Shown here: in pieces, positions 26,440 through 36,892 of the stretch
Numbering within the stretch: position 1 is the stretch's first letter
How the letters are laid out: the number at the start of each line of letters is the position of its first letter
Virus record (IMG/VR): IMGVR_UViG_3300021077_000115
Location: 110,064 to 174,063 of that record
DNA: 64,000 nt
Origin: a virus
Reading direction: 5' to 3' (one strand)
The notes under the pieces: model-generated
The model's input: the letters and a program-made list of their open reading frames with translations, nothing else
Database searches by the model: none
What the model was told of the DNA's origin: nothing
Made by a program: the position numbers and the translations under genes

Positions 26440-26802
26440 ATGTCATTTGAGAATATAGGTAAAGATGTGCTTAGTGATGCTTTCGAGGAGAAGGTGAAGG
26501 AGGCTCATGATTCCATCCTTAAGGCATTGAAGTTGGCGGCGGCGCGTAAAGAAGATTTGGCCAAAACATATTTGGTATGTGATTTCGCCAACGCCAGAAT
26601 AATGACAATCACCAAGGAGAACTTGGAGGGTTTGTTTGATAAGCTTGAAGAGATGTTGGAGGCAGCGAAAGATCTGGCAGCTATGCAGGGAGTTGATGGA
26701 TTTATGCGGATCTTATATTTCGATAATGATGAATGGGCAACGGCGTATTTTGCATTGCCAGTGCTGTATCTATCTGGTTCGCAGACGATAGGGAGCGCCT
26801 GA
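26440..26802 (+). CDS. hypothetical protein
   Basis: 120-aa ORF. Confidence 0.5.
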   Translation: MSFENIGKDVLSDAFEEKVKEAHDSILKALKLAAARKEDLAKTYLVCDFANARIMTITKENLEGLFDKLEEMLEAAKDLAAMQGVDGFMRILYFDNDEWATAYFALPVLYLSGSQTIGSA

Positions 26803-26886
26803 TATGTTTTGGTTTTTTTGTTCCCTTTTACTTGTTTGGGTAGTTCTGATGTTTAATGCCACTGAGGGCAACTACGGGGATCCATT

Positions 26887-27276
26887 TTGATGTTGAAGTT
26901 ACTAGAACTCGGGTTAGTGGTTGGAGTGATTACGGTGACAATCACGCGCGGGAGTATCTTCTCATTTTTTCGTAACTGGATGTCTTCGTATGGGGAATGG
27001 ATAGGTAATCTATTCTCCTGTCCATATTGTTTGGCGCATTGGTTGGCGCTGGTGATGGTTCTCTGGGGAAATCCTGGATTGATACATCATCCTTATGAAT
27101 TAGTGATCTCGGTATTCTCGGTGATTGGGATATCGATGGTATGTGGGTGGGTTGTCTACAAGAGCTACAAGGGGATAGTTGATGCGCCGGATTTGAGTGG
27201 GGAGAATGTGGTATTGAGGGAAGCGTTGGGGAAGGCGCGGGCGATGTTGGAGGAGATGAGGGGGAAGGTAGAATGA
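26887..27276 (+). CDS. membrane protein
   Basis: 3-4 TM helices. Confidence 0.5.
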   Translation: MMLKLLELGLVVGVITVTITRGSIFSFFRNWMSSYGEWIGNLFSCPYCLAHWLALVMVLWGNPGLIHHPYELVISVFSVIGISMVCGWVVYKSYKGIVDAPDLSGENVVLREALGKARAMLEEMRGKVE

Positions 27277-27618
27277 TTACGCGGCTTCTTTTGGTGGCAG
27301 TTCTTACATTGTTGTCCTGTGCATTGATTGGGGCAACTAGGAGTCAGGCAACATCTGCTTTATGGGTAAGCTTGGCCATTACATTGGTGTTGCCGAGATT
27401 TTCTAGTTCTGAGAAGCCGAGTGAATAATGGCTCAGTGGCAATTCAGGACAGACGTACACATTCCGATGTATTTGAAGGCATTGGATTGTCTTCGGGTAA
27501 TTACTCAGCGCCCAATAGGGAAGCGTCAGTTACCTTTACATGGGGTGATAGTTGATCTTGAGATTTGGTTGATTCAGAGGAATGGATTGATTTAGGGTTT
27601 TTACCAAAGGAATAGATT

Positions 27619-27873
27619 ATGTATTATGAGAGACGTCCATCGGCAATCAAGCGTGCGGCCATGGCTGTTTGGGGCTTCATTACTGGAGTCTTGGCGGTCG
27701 TAATCGTGCTGGTGGTAAATGCCATTGGGTTTGGGTTGGCGGTGGCCTTGCCGGTACAGTGGTTATGGAACCTGTGTTTTGCGGAAATCTTTACTAGTAT
27801 GCCGCAGGTAGGTTTTGTATCTGTTTTTGGGACGATAGTTATGTTGAAGATATTGAAGGGAGCGATATCGTAG
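27619..27873 (+). CDS. small membrane protein
   Basis: ATG directly after GGTTTTTACCAAAGGAATAGATT motif. Confidence 0.45.
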   Translation: MYYERRPSAIKRAAMAVWGFITGVLAVVIVLVVNAIGFGLAVALPVQWLWNLCFAEIFTSMPQVGFVSVFGTIVMLKILKGAIS

Positions 27874-27876
27874 TTT

Positions 27877-28131
27877 ATGGTAACTTGGTATCGTGACTTA
27901 ACTACACTGAAGGCGGATTTGATATCCGGCGGTATAGTTGGGTTGTTCTACGATTCACACAGCAAATTACGGCATATCGCTCACTACGAACCTTACAAGA
28001 AGTGCCCAACAAAGTCATTATGTGGGGAAGCTATCAACTTTAGTTCTACGGGAAGTCAAGATAGGATGTGTCCAAAGTGTCTATTATTGGTACATGGATT
28101 AGTTACAGAGAAGAGAAGCGGAAAAAGGTAG
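27877..28131 (+). CDS. hypothetical protein
   Basis: 84-aa ORF. Confidence 0.4.
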   Translation: MVTWYRDLTTLKADLISGGIVGLFYDSHSKLRHIAHYEPYKKCPTKSLCGEAINFSSTGSQDRMCPKCLLLVHGLVTEKRSGKR

Positions 28132-28183
28132 TCTTAATCATCTTTGGCATTTTCGTCTTTGGGTCTATCGTGGCAAAGTTTCT

Positions 28184-28408
28184 GTGAGATCGCTCATGAT
28201 TATTTCAATATGTGATTGGTGTGCATGTGGTGGCCTTCAGGGAACTGAGTGGGAATACATGCACAACAAGCCATTCGAGGGCACTCTCGATCAGGCCAAA
28301 GCAATAGCGCACAAGCTCTTTGATGAGCACAAGCTGAATGTGATGATGTTGCACAGGACTGATGGTATCATTATTGCGATTGACACTCGAAGCTTTGGGC
28401 AGAGGTAG
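28184..28408 (+). CDS. hypothetical protein
   Basis: 74-aa ORF. Confidence 0.4.
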   Translation: MRSLMIISICDWCACGGLQGTEWEYMHNKPFEGTLDQAKAIAHKLFDEHKLNVMMLHRTDGIIIAIDTRSFGQR

Positions 28409-28410
28409 TT

Positions 28411-28653
28411 ATGAAGCATTTGTTGATTGGGTTGATGTTGTTTGGGTGCCAGCGATTGACGCCCGATCAACAAATTGCGCAGAAGGATCATTTAACCAAG
28501 TGGAGTAGGTACTTGATAGACTGTCCGACGGCGCAAGTAACGATGACGTCCAAGAGTGATGAAGGGTTTACATTCTTCATTACAGGATGTGGGTTGAAGG
28601 TTTGTTGTGCTGGGACTTCTTGTTTTTCATGTCTCAAGAAGGATTGGTATTAA
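28411..28653 (+). CDS. small lipoprotein
   Basis: MKHLLIGLMLFGCQ with an LFGC lipobox. Confidence 0.45.
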   Translation: MKHLLIGLMLFGCQRLTPDQQIAQKDHLTKWSRYLIDCPTAQVTMTSKSDEGFTFFITGCGLKVCCAGTSCFSCLKKDWY

Positions 28654-29258
28654 TGTCTACCAAACCAAAAGCTATAGGATACATTCGCAATCTAACCGAT
28701 GGAAGTATGGTTCATCTGGTTTATCCTGGTGCTCAACTATCATTCGCATTTCCTATTGGTCATGTGTACGAGATGGTAGCTGATGGTAATGTTCCGCTGA
28801 AGGAATTCGAGGAGAAGGATTTAGAGGGGCTAATGCCGAAGGAAACTGTGAAGTTTTCTACTGGGGATTTGGTGAAGGTCGTGAAGCAACCTCCGAATCA
28901 ACACGTACATCTTGTTGGTGAGGTTGGTTTCATAGATGAGATTGCAGATTGTAAAGAAGGAGATATTCCATACGCCCAAATTCAGACATTACGTTTGGAA
29001 AGACCATCCTTTGCCGGCGGTCATAGTTCTCTTGGTGGTTGCGGAGCCGTACCACTTGATTGTTTAAAACCGGAGACTCAACAGTGCTGGATTGATGCTA
29101 AGAGAAAGCACGATGAGCACATTGCCGAGGTACGAGCCGAAGGTGAAGCGTTTAGCAGACATGTGAATGAGGGCATCGCAAAAATCGCCGAGAAACACGG
29201 ACTTAGTGTAGAGGAAGTTGAAACAATCAGTTCGGAAGTTAGGGGCTTGTATCCATGA
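28653..29258 (+). CDS. hypothetical protein
   Basis: Start MSTKPK with TAATG overlap to the previous gene. Confidence 0.5.
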   Translation: MSTKPKAIGYIRNLTDGSMVHLVYPGAQLSFAFPIGHVYEMVADGNVPLKEFEEKDLEGLMPKETVKFSTGDLVKVVKQPPNQHVHLVGEVGFIDEIADCKEGDIPYAQIQTLRLERPSFAGGHSSLGGCGAVPLDCLKPETQQCWIDAKRKHDEHIAEVRAEGEAFSRHVNEGIAKIAEKHGLSVEEVETISSEVRGLYP

Positions 29259-29449
29259 TCAAGATATTCCAAGTAGTTAAGTTTTCGATGCGAGATGAGT
29301 GGTCTGTTGTTGCTACACATTCGACGCACGAGAAAGCGGAGAAGGTGATTGAGAGGGCAATTCAACCTGACTTGATGTCTACGGTCTACTACACCATCAT
29401 CGAGTCTTATACGAATGCAACGCCCAAACCTGAATGGGATGAGGATTGA
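29255..29449 (+). CDS. hypothetical protein
   Basis: 64-aa ORF. Confidence 0.4.
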   Translation: MIKIFQVVKFSMRDEWSVVATHSTHEKAEKVIERAIQPDLMSTVYYTIIESYTNATPKPEWDED

Positions 29450-29499
29450 TATGACCGATAGCGCTCCGCCCCCAGATCGTCACTCTCCTGGATGCGTCA

Positions 29500-30012
29500 A
29501 TGAAGCCTCTGGTTGAGAAATGGTCATCTCCGGCGAAGGCCATCGAGATCCTGGAGGTCTTGGATTGGTGCATTAACGGATCGTTGGCATCGGGTTTGGT
29601 AGTCACGTTGCTCCAAAAGCTGTATGATGCCGCCTTAGAAACCGAGGGCGTGACTCATGCCGATATGGAGAAGTTGGCTACTTGGCGTGGGCCTCCACCG
29701 GCCGATAAAGGGCCTGTGCCCGAAGCTCCACCGTCTCCTCCAGAAGAGCTGTGCGCATTGCCGGAAGGCAGCGGCTTGTCCTGGGTTGCCGGCGATTTTC
29801 TTGGCATCGGCCTTCCGGCTCTCCACCTGAACGGCAAGAAGGTTGGTTGGCTAACTCCTGGAATGTATGGTGACAATGACGAGATTTTGTGGACGGCATT
29901 TGATAACCGAACACAAGAGAATGGGTGCAATCCAATTGTGAAGATTGGTGATAAGGCACGAGCCCCATTGCTAGAGGCGTCTAGGGCGCTGGTTGAGGCA
30001 ATACTACAATGA
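29500..30012 (+). CDS. hypothetical protein
   Basis: 170-aa ORF. Confidence 0.5.
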   Translation: MKPLVEKWSSPAKAIEILEVLDWCINGSLASGLVVTLLQKLYDAALETEGVTHADMEKLATWRGPPPADKGPVPEAPPSPPEELCALPEGSGLSWVAGDFLGIGLPALHLNGKKVGWLTPGMYGDNDEILWTAFDNRTQENGCNPIVKIGDKARAPLLEASRALVEAILQ

Positions 30013-30070
30013 AGGCATTTATTTGGTTATTGGTTCTTTCTAGTTTTGCCATTGCAGGTCTGGTAATCCT

Positions 30071-30508
30071 TTGGTGTATTGGTCCATAATGAACACCGTA
30101 GCTCTCACAACCCCGGCGATGCTATTCCCGGCAATCTCTTTGCTGTTCCTGGCGTACACCCAACGCTTCTTGGCGTTAGCTAATTTGATTAGGAATCTTC
30201 GCAAGGTAGAGCTTGGGGTACGCTTCGGGGAAACTACCTGTCCCAGCGATCATTCCATCAACAATCGTCAGATAGCCAGTTTGCGTCGAAGACTTCATCT
30301 AATGAAGAGGATGCAGTTGTTTGGTGTGATTGCCTTCATTCTTTGTAGCATGTCGATGATGTCAATGTTCCTTGAGTGGAATATTGCTGGGCGGATTATC
30401 TTTGGTGCAAGTATTTGTAGTTTGATAGTATCATTACTCATATCTCTGTACGAGGTATGGTTGTCAACTGGGGCTATTGATATAGCTCTGTCTGACATGG
30501 AGCGATGA
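30071..30508 (+). CDS. membrane protein
   Basis: 4 TM helices. Confidence 0.5.
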   Translation: MVYWSIMNTVALTTPAMLFPAISLLFLAYTQRFLALANLIRNLRKVELGVRFGETTCPSDHSINNRQIASLRRRLHLMKRMQLFGVIAFILCSMSMMSMFLEWNIAGRIIFGASICSLIVSLLISLYEVWLSTGAIDIALSDMER

Positions 30509-31251
30509 TGAATGTACTTATAGTTCCAGTTTATATTAAGAAGATAAAGGAAATTGCGATGCTAAGGAAGTTGGTTTCCTTGGTGGAGAATGATCCTGGA
30601 ATTGACCATGTGATTATAGTGGATGACTGCAGTCCGCTTAAGTACGACCTACACCCATACGTTAAAATTGGAAGAGAGCAGATTAAGTTACGAAGCAATC
30701 GTGGCCCAGCACACGCTCGCAACATTGGAATAGAGCGGTCATTTGAGCTTGGGGCAACCAATTTGTTCTTTACAGATCATGATTGTGAATTGATGCCTGG
30801 GTGGGGAATGGCATTTGAGAATTTCCTGGCTAATAATCCATATTCGATAGCTGGTGGAATAACTTTATCAGCAGGCAATACTATACTTGATCGTTACCAC
30901 AATATAAATGGTACATTGAATGGGCGTTTGGTTATTGGGAAAGATGAGCTTTTGTACGCTCCATCTTGCAATTTAGCCATGCGTGCTTGTGTATCTATGG
31001 ACTTTAGGTTTGATGAGTCATTTCCAAACGCAGCAGGAGAGGATGTTGATTTCTGTTTGCGCGCTAGGAATATGTACAATATAGGATTGTGTCGAGAGGC
31101 AGTTGTACATCATAACTGGGGATACAGATCAACTATTAGTGGGCTACCAAAGTTCGTTCAGACGTTTAGTAAGTATAAAGCGGCTAACTCTTTACTTCGC
31201 AGTAAGCATAGTCGTATCAAATGGGGATCTGAAGCGATTCCATCCATATAA
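30505..31251 (+). CDS. family-2 (GT-A fold) glycosyltransferase
   Basis: VIIVDDCSP...RSNRGPAHARNIGI...FFTDHDCEL pattern (DxD-type); start may be M at 30562. Confidence 0.6.
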   Translation: MMNVLIVPVYIKKIKEIAMLRKLVSLVENDPGIDHVIIVDDCSPLKYDLHPYVKIGREQIKLRSNRGPAHARNIGIERSFELGATNLFFTDHDCELMPGWGMAFENFLANNPYSIAGGITLSAGNTILDRYHNINGTLNGRLVIGKDELLYAPSCNLAMRACVSMDFRFDESFPNAAGEDVDFCLRARNMYNIGLCREAVVHHNWGYRSTISGLPKFVQTFSKYKAANSLLRSKHSRIKWGSEAIPSI

Positions 31252-31389
31252 TTATGACCCTTCTAGATACATTGCAACATCATCCTTACCTTGGTGGTTT
31301 GGTGAGTGACTACAAGAAAGCCGTACTTCCATTTGCTTGGAGGGTACATCCTTGGTACTTGATCCCGGCGATGGTTGCTTTGAAGACCA

Positions 31390-31596
31390 TTGAGTTTTCA
31401 ATTTACCGTTGGGGGAGAGAAGATGGATCCTCTTGAGCCGCAGAAATGTGCGAAGTGTAAGGAACCTCTATCTGGTTTTGTAACTGGGAAGAATCCGAGC
31501 CCAGATGGGTTGGTGTGCGATGACTGCCATTACGAAGCCATTGGAGAAGAACTTGATCAGTTCCCAATCGGCCCTTCAACAAGAACTAACAGATGA
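31390..31596 (+). CDS. small zinc-ribbon protein
   Basis: CAKC...CDDC. Confidence 0.35.
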   Translation: MSFQFTVGGEKMDPLEPQKCAKCKEPLSGFVTGKNPSPDGLVCDDCHYEAIGEELDQFPIGPSTRTNR

Positions 31597-31732
31597 AGAT
31601 TGGACCTGTATGTCGTGCCCGTTTTGTACACCATCTCTATGCAGCATTTACGAACTTCAAGTGAGTCGCGCTAGAGAAGAGCGAGCACGAAACGCTCCAC
31701 CTTACGTAGATCCTAACGAGTTTTGGTGATAT

Positions 31733-31915
31733 ATGTCTAGAAAGATTATTGTAGAACACAGATACATAACCCCAGAGTCTGGAACTGGGATAGGTGTTGG
31801 TAGTGTGCTTGCTGCGCTGCTATCATGGACAGTGAATCACTCGTTTGTATGGGCAATAATTCACGGAATCCTTAATTGGTTTTATGTAGTATATTGGGTA
31901 TTATTCAAATGGTAG
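31733..31915 (+). CDS. small membrane protein
   Basis: 60 aa, 2 TM helices. Confidence 0.35.
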   Translation: MSRKIIVEHRYITPESGTGIGVGSVLAALLSWTVNHSFVWAIIHGILNWFYVVYWVLFKW

Positions 31916-32247
31916 ATCTTTCACCAGAAGATAGAAACGCGATAATGAGGCTTTGGGATCACGCCACTCCAAAACTAACCAAGAAGGAGAGGGAGGAAGG
32001 TAATATCCGCATCGATAATCAATTGCATATGAAGTATGCTAAGAAGGATGTTGAGACAACCCTTGCTTTATATACAAGGAACTCCAGATTCGAAGCGCTT
32101 GATGATACTTGTGGGATTGCTATAGGTGCCTTCCTCGATCCTGCGCGGCGTCATGACAATCCGATGTTTGATGTCCAGCCAATTACTCTTGAGTTTCTAG
32201 ATCGATTGGAGTTAGAACATAGAAAGAATTCAGTATGGTCGATGTGA
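31876..32247 (+). CDS. hypothetical protein
   Basis: 123-aa ORF. Confidence 0.45.
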   Translation: MVLCSILGIIQMVDLSPEDRNAIMRLWDHATPKLTKKEREEGNIRIDNQLHMKYAKKDVETTLALYTRNSRFEALDDTCGIAIGAFLDPARRHDNPMFDVQPITLEFLDRLELEHRKNSVWSM

Positions 32248-32861
32248 AGAGGATTAGCTACGACTTAGAACTTAGCGGTTCTAAGAAACGCCTATCTGTA
32301 GCCATCAGCACAATTGTAACTGCATTTGATCAGGTTACAATTGGTACTAAAGTAACCAGTGCCGGCAAGTTCATGGACTGCGTAACTCTGGCCATGTTGG
32401 ATCATGACTTTGGGGCAGAGCGTATTCCTGGGCAAGCATTAATTCATGTGCCAAAAGCCGTTCCGTTTGTATCTGGAGGAATGGGGCGCAATCGAAATAA
32501 CCCTGGTGATTACGTACTGTGTTCATATCGAGGAAAGGTTCATGCGTATCTAAAGCGTGAGTTTGCAGAACCTGTGACTGATTGTCATGTGGTGGTGTAT
32601 ACTCGGGATGCGTACTTGGCAGATCCGGACATTGATGAAGATCCTGATGAGGCCGAGCGAATACGGAGCGGTTCATGCACTCACGTTTTGGTGGCTGTGT
32701 TGGCAGATTCTGGAGTGCCTTCCACTTTATCGCCGTACCGATTCGTGAAGAACTTGGCCGGCGGAAACTACGAGGCTTTAGCCTGGAGTGTGGATGAGAT
32801 TCGAACTAAGGCGCGAGAGATCGCGGCCAACGTAGATGATTGGAATGTAGTAGCAGATTGA
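32235..32861 (+). CDS. hypothetical protein
   Basis: 208-aa ORF. Confidence 0.5.
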   Translation: MVDVKRISYDLELSGSKKRLSVAISTIVTAFDQVTIGTKVTSAGKFMDCVTLAMLDHDFGAERIPGQALIHVPKAVPFVSGGMGRNRNNPGDYVLCSYRGKVHAYLKREFAEPVTDCHVVVYTRDAYLADPDIDEDPDEAERIRSGSCTHVLVAVLADSGVPSTLSPYRFVKNLAGGNYEALAWSVDEIRTKAREIAANVDDWNVVAD

Positions 32862-33237
32862 AGGAGAAGATATGGCAATAGCAAAGACTGTAAAGAAGAA
32901 GAGTGTTGTAAGGAAAGCAGTGGATATGGTTCTTGGTAAGGATGTCAGGCTTGGCGTTTTGTGCCGAGATATCGTTACTGGATTCGAAGGAATTGCCATT
33001 GCTCGTACGGACTGGTTGAACGGAAGGTACTCCTAAGGAGTCAACCTCCTTTGATGTCGAGCAGCTTGTGGTGGTTGGCAAGGGCGTGCAGATCAAGAAG
33101 CAAGAAACCGGCGGACCCAAACCTGAGGTTTGCAGAGCCAAGGATCCTTCTCGTTAGGATGTATTCGAAGGTGATATTTGGGTGGTAGTAGCTCGTCACC
33201 CAAATATCACCCCTGTATGAAGAAAGTCTAAGTTGAT

Positions 33238-33618
33238 ATGAAAGATTTATCTAATTCAATAGCAGAGTTGGTGGATTCTATTAATCATGGAGCGAAGGCT
33301 ATAGGCACTTCGATTCAGAACATTTCACCAGCAGCTTGGAAGATTGCTGTTTATCAAGCTAAATTGACAGCATGGATACATATGGGTATTTGGGTGTTCA
33401 TTGCCAGTATTGTTGCATATGTAGCTTATAAGATGCATCTTTATGGCAAGAAGAACCCAAATGTATCTGATATTTTCGAGTCATGGTGCTGGATATTGTT
33501 GTGCGTAGCTTTTCTTGTTGCTATAATTGCAATTGGTGAAGGTGCTATTGTTATCCTGAATCCAGAATATACAGCGGGTACTGAAATATTACAGATGTTA
33601 GTAAAACACGATAATTGA
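33238..33618 (+). CDS. membrane protein
   Basis: 3 TM helices. Confidence 0.5.
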   Translation: MKDLSNSIAELVDSINHGAKAIGTSIQNISPAAWKIAVYQAKLTAWIHMGIWVFIASIVAYVAYKMHLYGKKNPNVSDIFESWCWILLCVAFLVAIIAIGEGAIVILNPEYTAGTEILQMLVKHDN

Positions 33619-33637
33619 TTACCAAAGGAGTAGATTT

Positions 33638-34117
33638 ATGTCTTTGATTTCGTTGGCTCGTGAAGCTGCTAATAAGAGAGATTTGGAATTGGCTGAGAAG
33701 AATAAAGCTGATATTCAATATGATCTTGATCTACAATCTCGCCTTGCTAAATTGAGAGATGTTGTCTCGGCAGAGATTCTTCAAATGGATCGGGAGATGT
33801 CTAAGTTCGGCAGGCTGTTAGTTAGCGGCGGGCATGAAATACGTTTTGCTACTGTCGGTCAAACATTTATGACTGTCACCATACCAAGTTCTGATGAGAA
33901 CAAAGTGGTATTGGAACTAAGCTTGGGGATAGATGTTGGTGAACATAAATACAGTGACGAAAGTGACCCTGTAAAATACAGAGACCCAACAGTATGGGCA
34001 AGGATGTACTTACCTAATGGTAGGTTTTATGGTCTTACATTATCTTGCGATGATGGTAAGAAATCTATAAAAAAATTCTTTGATGACTTAGGCAAACAAC
34101 TATCTGTATGGTTTTGA
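33638..34117 (+). CDS. hypothetical protein
   Basis: ATG after ATTACCAAAGGAGTAGATTT motif. Confidence 0.55.
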   Translation: MSLISLAREAANKRDLELAEKNKADIQYDLDLQSRLAKLRDVVSAEILQMDREMSKFGRLLVSGGHEIRFATVGQTFMTVTIPSSDENKVVLELSLGIDVGEHKYSDESDPVKYRDPTVWARMYLPNGRFYGLTLSCDDGKKSIKKFFDDLGKQLSVWF

Positions 34118-34123
34118 GAAATT

Positions 34124-34369
34124 ATGTCTTGCGATAAATTTGATCCACAATGTAAAGGTTGCCGTCCAGCATTAGTCGATGCTAATACCGGGGAGGTATT
34201 TTCTAGTACTCATCCATTAATGATGATTGTCAATTCTGTTTGGGATGCCGCTTCAATCGAAGAGCAAGAGGCTTTTTGGAAAGTAACTGTAAAGAACAGC
34301 CGCGATCCGGAAGACTTAGCTCTGACAGAGGTTCTCAATACACGCATTCAAGATAAGATGAGGAACTGA
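34124..34369 (+). CDS. hypothetical protein
   Basis: 81-aa ORF. Confidence 0.45.
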   Translation: MSCDKFDPQCKGCRPALVDANTGEVFSSTHPLMMIVNSVWDAASIEEQEAFWKVTVKNSRDPEDLALTEVLNTRIQDKMRN

Positions 34370-34372
34370 ATT

Positions 34373-34660
34373 ATGATGGTCAATGCGCATTGCACAAAGT
34401 GCGGAGGCGGTTGGGATCGTCGTGGTGTTCATATCTGCCCAAATCATCAGGAACTACAACCCATTAACGAAGTTAGGCCAGCTATCTTTGCTCAAATTAC
34501 AAGGGGTAATGAAGAAGAAGTTAGAGAGAGTGTAAGACGCATCTTGCAAGATATGGTTTGCACGATCGTTGAACATGTACCGGTTCGTATTGATGATAGA
34601 GTCGAAGAGATAATGATTGCTTGTGGATTCAAATATCCAAATTACCGAAGGCAAGGATAA
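34373..34660 (+). CDS. hypothetical protein
   Basis: 95 aa; N-terminal CTKCGGGW...HICPNH. Confidence 0.45.
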   Translation: MMVNAHCTKCGGGWDRRGVHICPNHQELQPINEVRPAIFAQITRGNEEEVRESVRRILQDMVCTIVEHVPVRIDDRVEEIMIACGFKYPNYRRQG

Positions 34661-34845
34661 TGGGATTTTTATATCACGTCAAAAATGATACTAGCACTCC
34701 AATTGATCCGGATGCGAAATATCTTCTTGATTCTGATTCTCACTGGTCTGATGTTGATGACGACTCATTTAAGATGTTCATATGCATCTCTGGACTTATT
34801 GTTTCTTTGGGTGTAGCGGCACTTGTTTACTGGTTAGCAAAATGA
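34660..34845 (+). CDS. small membrane protein
   Basis: TAATG overlap; C-terminal TM helix. Confidence 0.4.
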   Translation: MGFLYHVKNDTSTPIDPDAKYLLDSDSHWSDVDDDSFKMFICISGLIVSLGVAALVYWLAK

Positions 34846-35168
34846 ATCTTTGGCTAGATGATGAACGCAATCCTCCCGATGGATGGGTATTGGTAAAGAC
34901 AGCCCTTGAGGCTATTGCTGCGTTGCGACGAAATGAATACGAAGCGATCTCTTTAGATCACGATCTTGGAGATGGCGGAACTGGTTACGATGTGCTTTTG
35001 TATATCGAAGCCGAAGTACATCGAAATCCAGACTACAAGTGCCCAAGGATATGGATTCACTCGGCGAACCCTGTTGGTCGTCAGAGAATGCAGCGAGCAA
35101 TAGATAGTATCTTCAGATATGTTGAAGATACGGCTGCTGATAATAGGACATTTGGTAAACAAGACTGA
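34842..35168 (+). CDS. receiver (REC)-like domain protein
   Basis: MNLWLDDERNPPDGWVLVKTALEAIAAL...ISLDHDLGDG pattern. Confidence 0.4.
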   Translation: MNLWLDDERNPPDGWVLVKTALEAIAALRRNEYEAISLDHDLGDGGTGYDVLLYIEAEVHRNPDYKCPRIWIHSANPVGRQRMQRAIDSIFRYVEDTAADNRTFGKQD

Positions 35169-35505
35169 ATACTTACACTTGACATCGGTGAATAGAATGT
35201 GGTAGGCTGGCCCTACGGTCAGAGATCATCCATCTTGACATCGTCCTTGCCTGCTGGTAGATTGTCTTCGCTGTCCCCAACTTGTGTCCAACACGAGCGG
35301 GCGGCAAGCGGTCGAGAACTTACCCCTGAGATTCCCGTTCTTCACCAGGGACTTTCGGCCGCGCCCAAAAGCTCATTCCGGGATTGAGTAAGTAGGGAAT
35401 CCGGGCAAGTCCGGTAAATTACCGGGTCGGAAGGGCATCAATCGCATTGCAAGGTGGTTGGTGCCCCTTGCACTTTAATGGGGTTTGGTGTAGCCTGTTT
35501 CGGCT

Positions 35506-35736
35506 ATGGACACAGTTCTATTCATCATAATTGCTGTTCTGTTATCGATCATTGGGCTTTTGCTCCACGCCGCAGAGTCATTAGGGAAAGGCTTTGATGG
35601 CATGTTGTCGTGGCTCACACAAAATATGGGCCCCGGTGTATCTTACAAAGCAAAGAAGTCATTCCCCACTACTCCTGTAGTATTCTACGGGCTATCTTTG
35701 TTTGCTATTATATTGGCCTTTGTAAGTGTAAGATGA
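35506..35736 (+). CDS. small membrane protein
   Basis: 2 TM helices. Confidence 0.4.
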   Translation: MDTVLFIIIAVLLSIIGLLLHAAESLGKGFDGMLSWLTQNMGPGVSYKAKKSFPTTPVVFYGLSLFAIILAFVSVR

Positions 35737-36038
35737 AACCAGCTGATGTATATGCCTTAGTTCAGGCAAAGGTTGGAGATTCGTTTGTTAGTTTCCAATC
35801 CATTGTCACAGATGGTAAGAAGTCAGTAGATATCAAGACTCATAGTGTAGTTAAGGTTTTTACTGATATTATCAAACTAGATAATGGAATTGCGATCTCT
35901 AGGACTAGTGGGAAAGTATTAGGTTTGCATTATAAGAGACATAAGGCAACTCTTCCAACTTACTTTCCAGCTACAAAAGCAAACCTAGAGCGAGCAAAGA
36001 TAGCAAAGGCAAAATACACAGAGATGAATATACCATGA
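35733..36038 (+). CDS. hypothetical protein
   Basis: Starts at MKPADVYAL with ATGA overlap. Confidence 0.45.
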   Translation: MKPADVYALVQAKVGDSFVSFQSIVTDGKKSVDIKTHSVVKVFTDIIKLDNGIAISRTSGKVLGLHYKRHKATLPTYFPATKANLERAKIAKAKYTEMNIP

Positions 36039-36187
36039 AGTTTGCATGTGTTATCTGTTTCATGTTATTTGGTTGCAACAGAATATATGAGAAAGTGCGC
36101 TTCAAATACGATTGTCCAGAGAATCAGTTGAAATGCGTGCACATCATGATGGCAGTTCAATGTGAGTGTCTTGATGGTGGTAAGTAA
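36035..36187 (+). CDS. small lipoprotein (50 aa; below ORF-track cutoff)
   Basis: MKFACVICFMLFGC lipobox. Confidence 0.35.
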   Translation: MKFACVICFMLFGCNRIYEKVRFKYDCPENQLKCVHIMMAVQCECLDGGK

Positions 36188-36891
36188 TGTTCAAAGCATT
36201 CTACTCAGATCCCCATATTGGGCACGCCAACATCATAGAATATTGTTCGCGCCCATTCCAAGATGTTGATGAAATGACCAATACCTTGGTAACAAACTAC
36301 AATCGACTCATCAATTCAGATGACTGCGTATTGTGGTTGGGTGACTGTTTCTTCAAAGGCAACTTTGCTCGACACCAGAAGCTCTTGAGTCAGATGAAGG
36401 GCCGTAAGGTTTTGATTGTTGGCAACCACGATCAGGGCGATGGACGCATGGCGGCAATGGGCTTTGAGCTTGTGATGAAAGAGGCTGTGCTCAACATCGG
36501 GGGAATCACGTGCCGCCTCAATCACTACCCATACATCGGCCCAAGCGGACATGATAAATACGCATCGCGTAGACCTCGGAAAAATCCAGGTGAGATTCTA
36601 CTTCATGGCCACAGCCACAGCTTTGAAAAGGTGACTGGTAGAGACTCGATTAGTGTTGGTGTGGACGCTTGGGATTTTGGTCCAGCACTGTATGGCGAAG
36701 TTGCCAAACTTGTATGGGAGTTATCAAAAGTTGAAGGTGCTGGCATTCAGAAAGCTGGGCCATATGAAGATAGCGAAGCAGAACTGCAGCTAAAAGATAT
36801 TGCTGGATACGAAGGTGTTAGTAATGTTTATTTAGTTGAGGCAACTGATGATGCTGAGCCTGCGATGTTTAATCCAATAGGATTTATTTGA
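36187..36891 (+). CDS. calcineurin-like metallophosphoesterase
   Basis: YSDPHIGH, LWLGDCF, VGNHD and HGHSH motifs of the MPP superfamily. Confidence 0.7.
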   Translation: MFKAFYSDPHIGHANIIEYCSRPFQDVDEMTNTLVTNYNRLINSDDCVLWLGDCFFKGNFARHQKLLSQMKGRKVLIVGNHDQGDGRMAAMGFELVMKEAVLNIGGITCRLNHYPYIGPSGHDKYASRRPRKNPGEILLHGHSHSFEKVTGRDSISVGVDAWDFGPALYGEVAKLVWELSKVEGAGIQKAGPYEDSEAELQLKDIAGYEGVSNVYLVEATDDAEPAMFNPIGFI

Positions 36892-36892
36892 T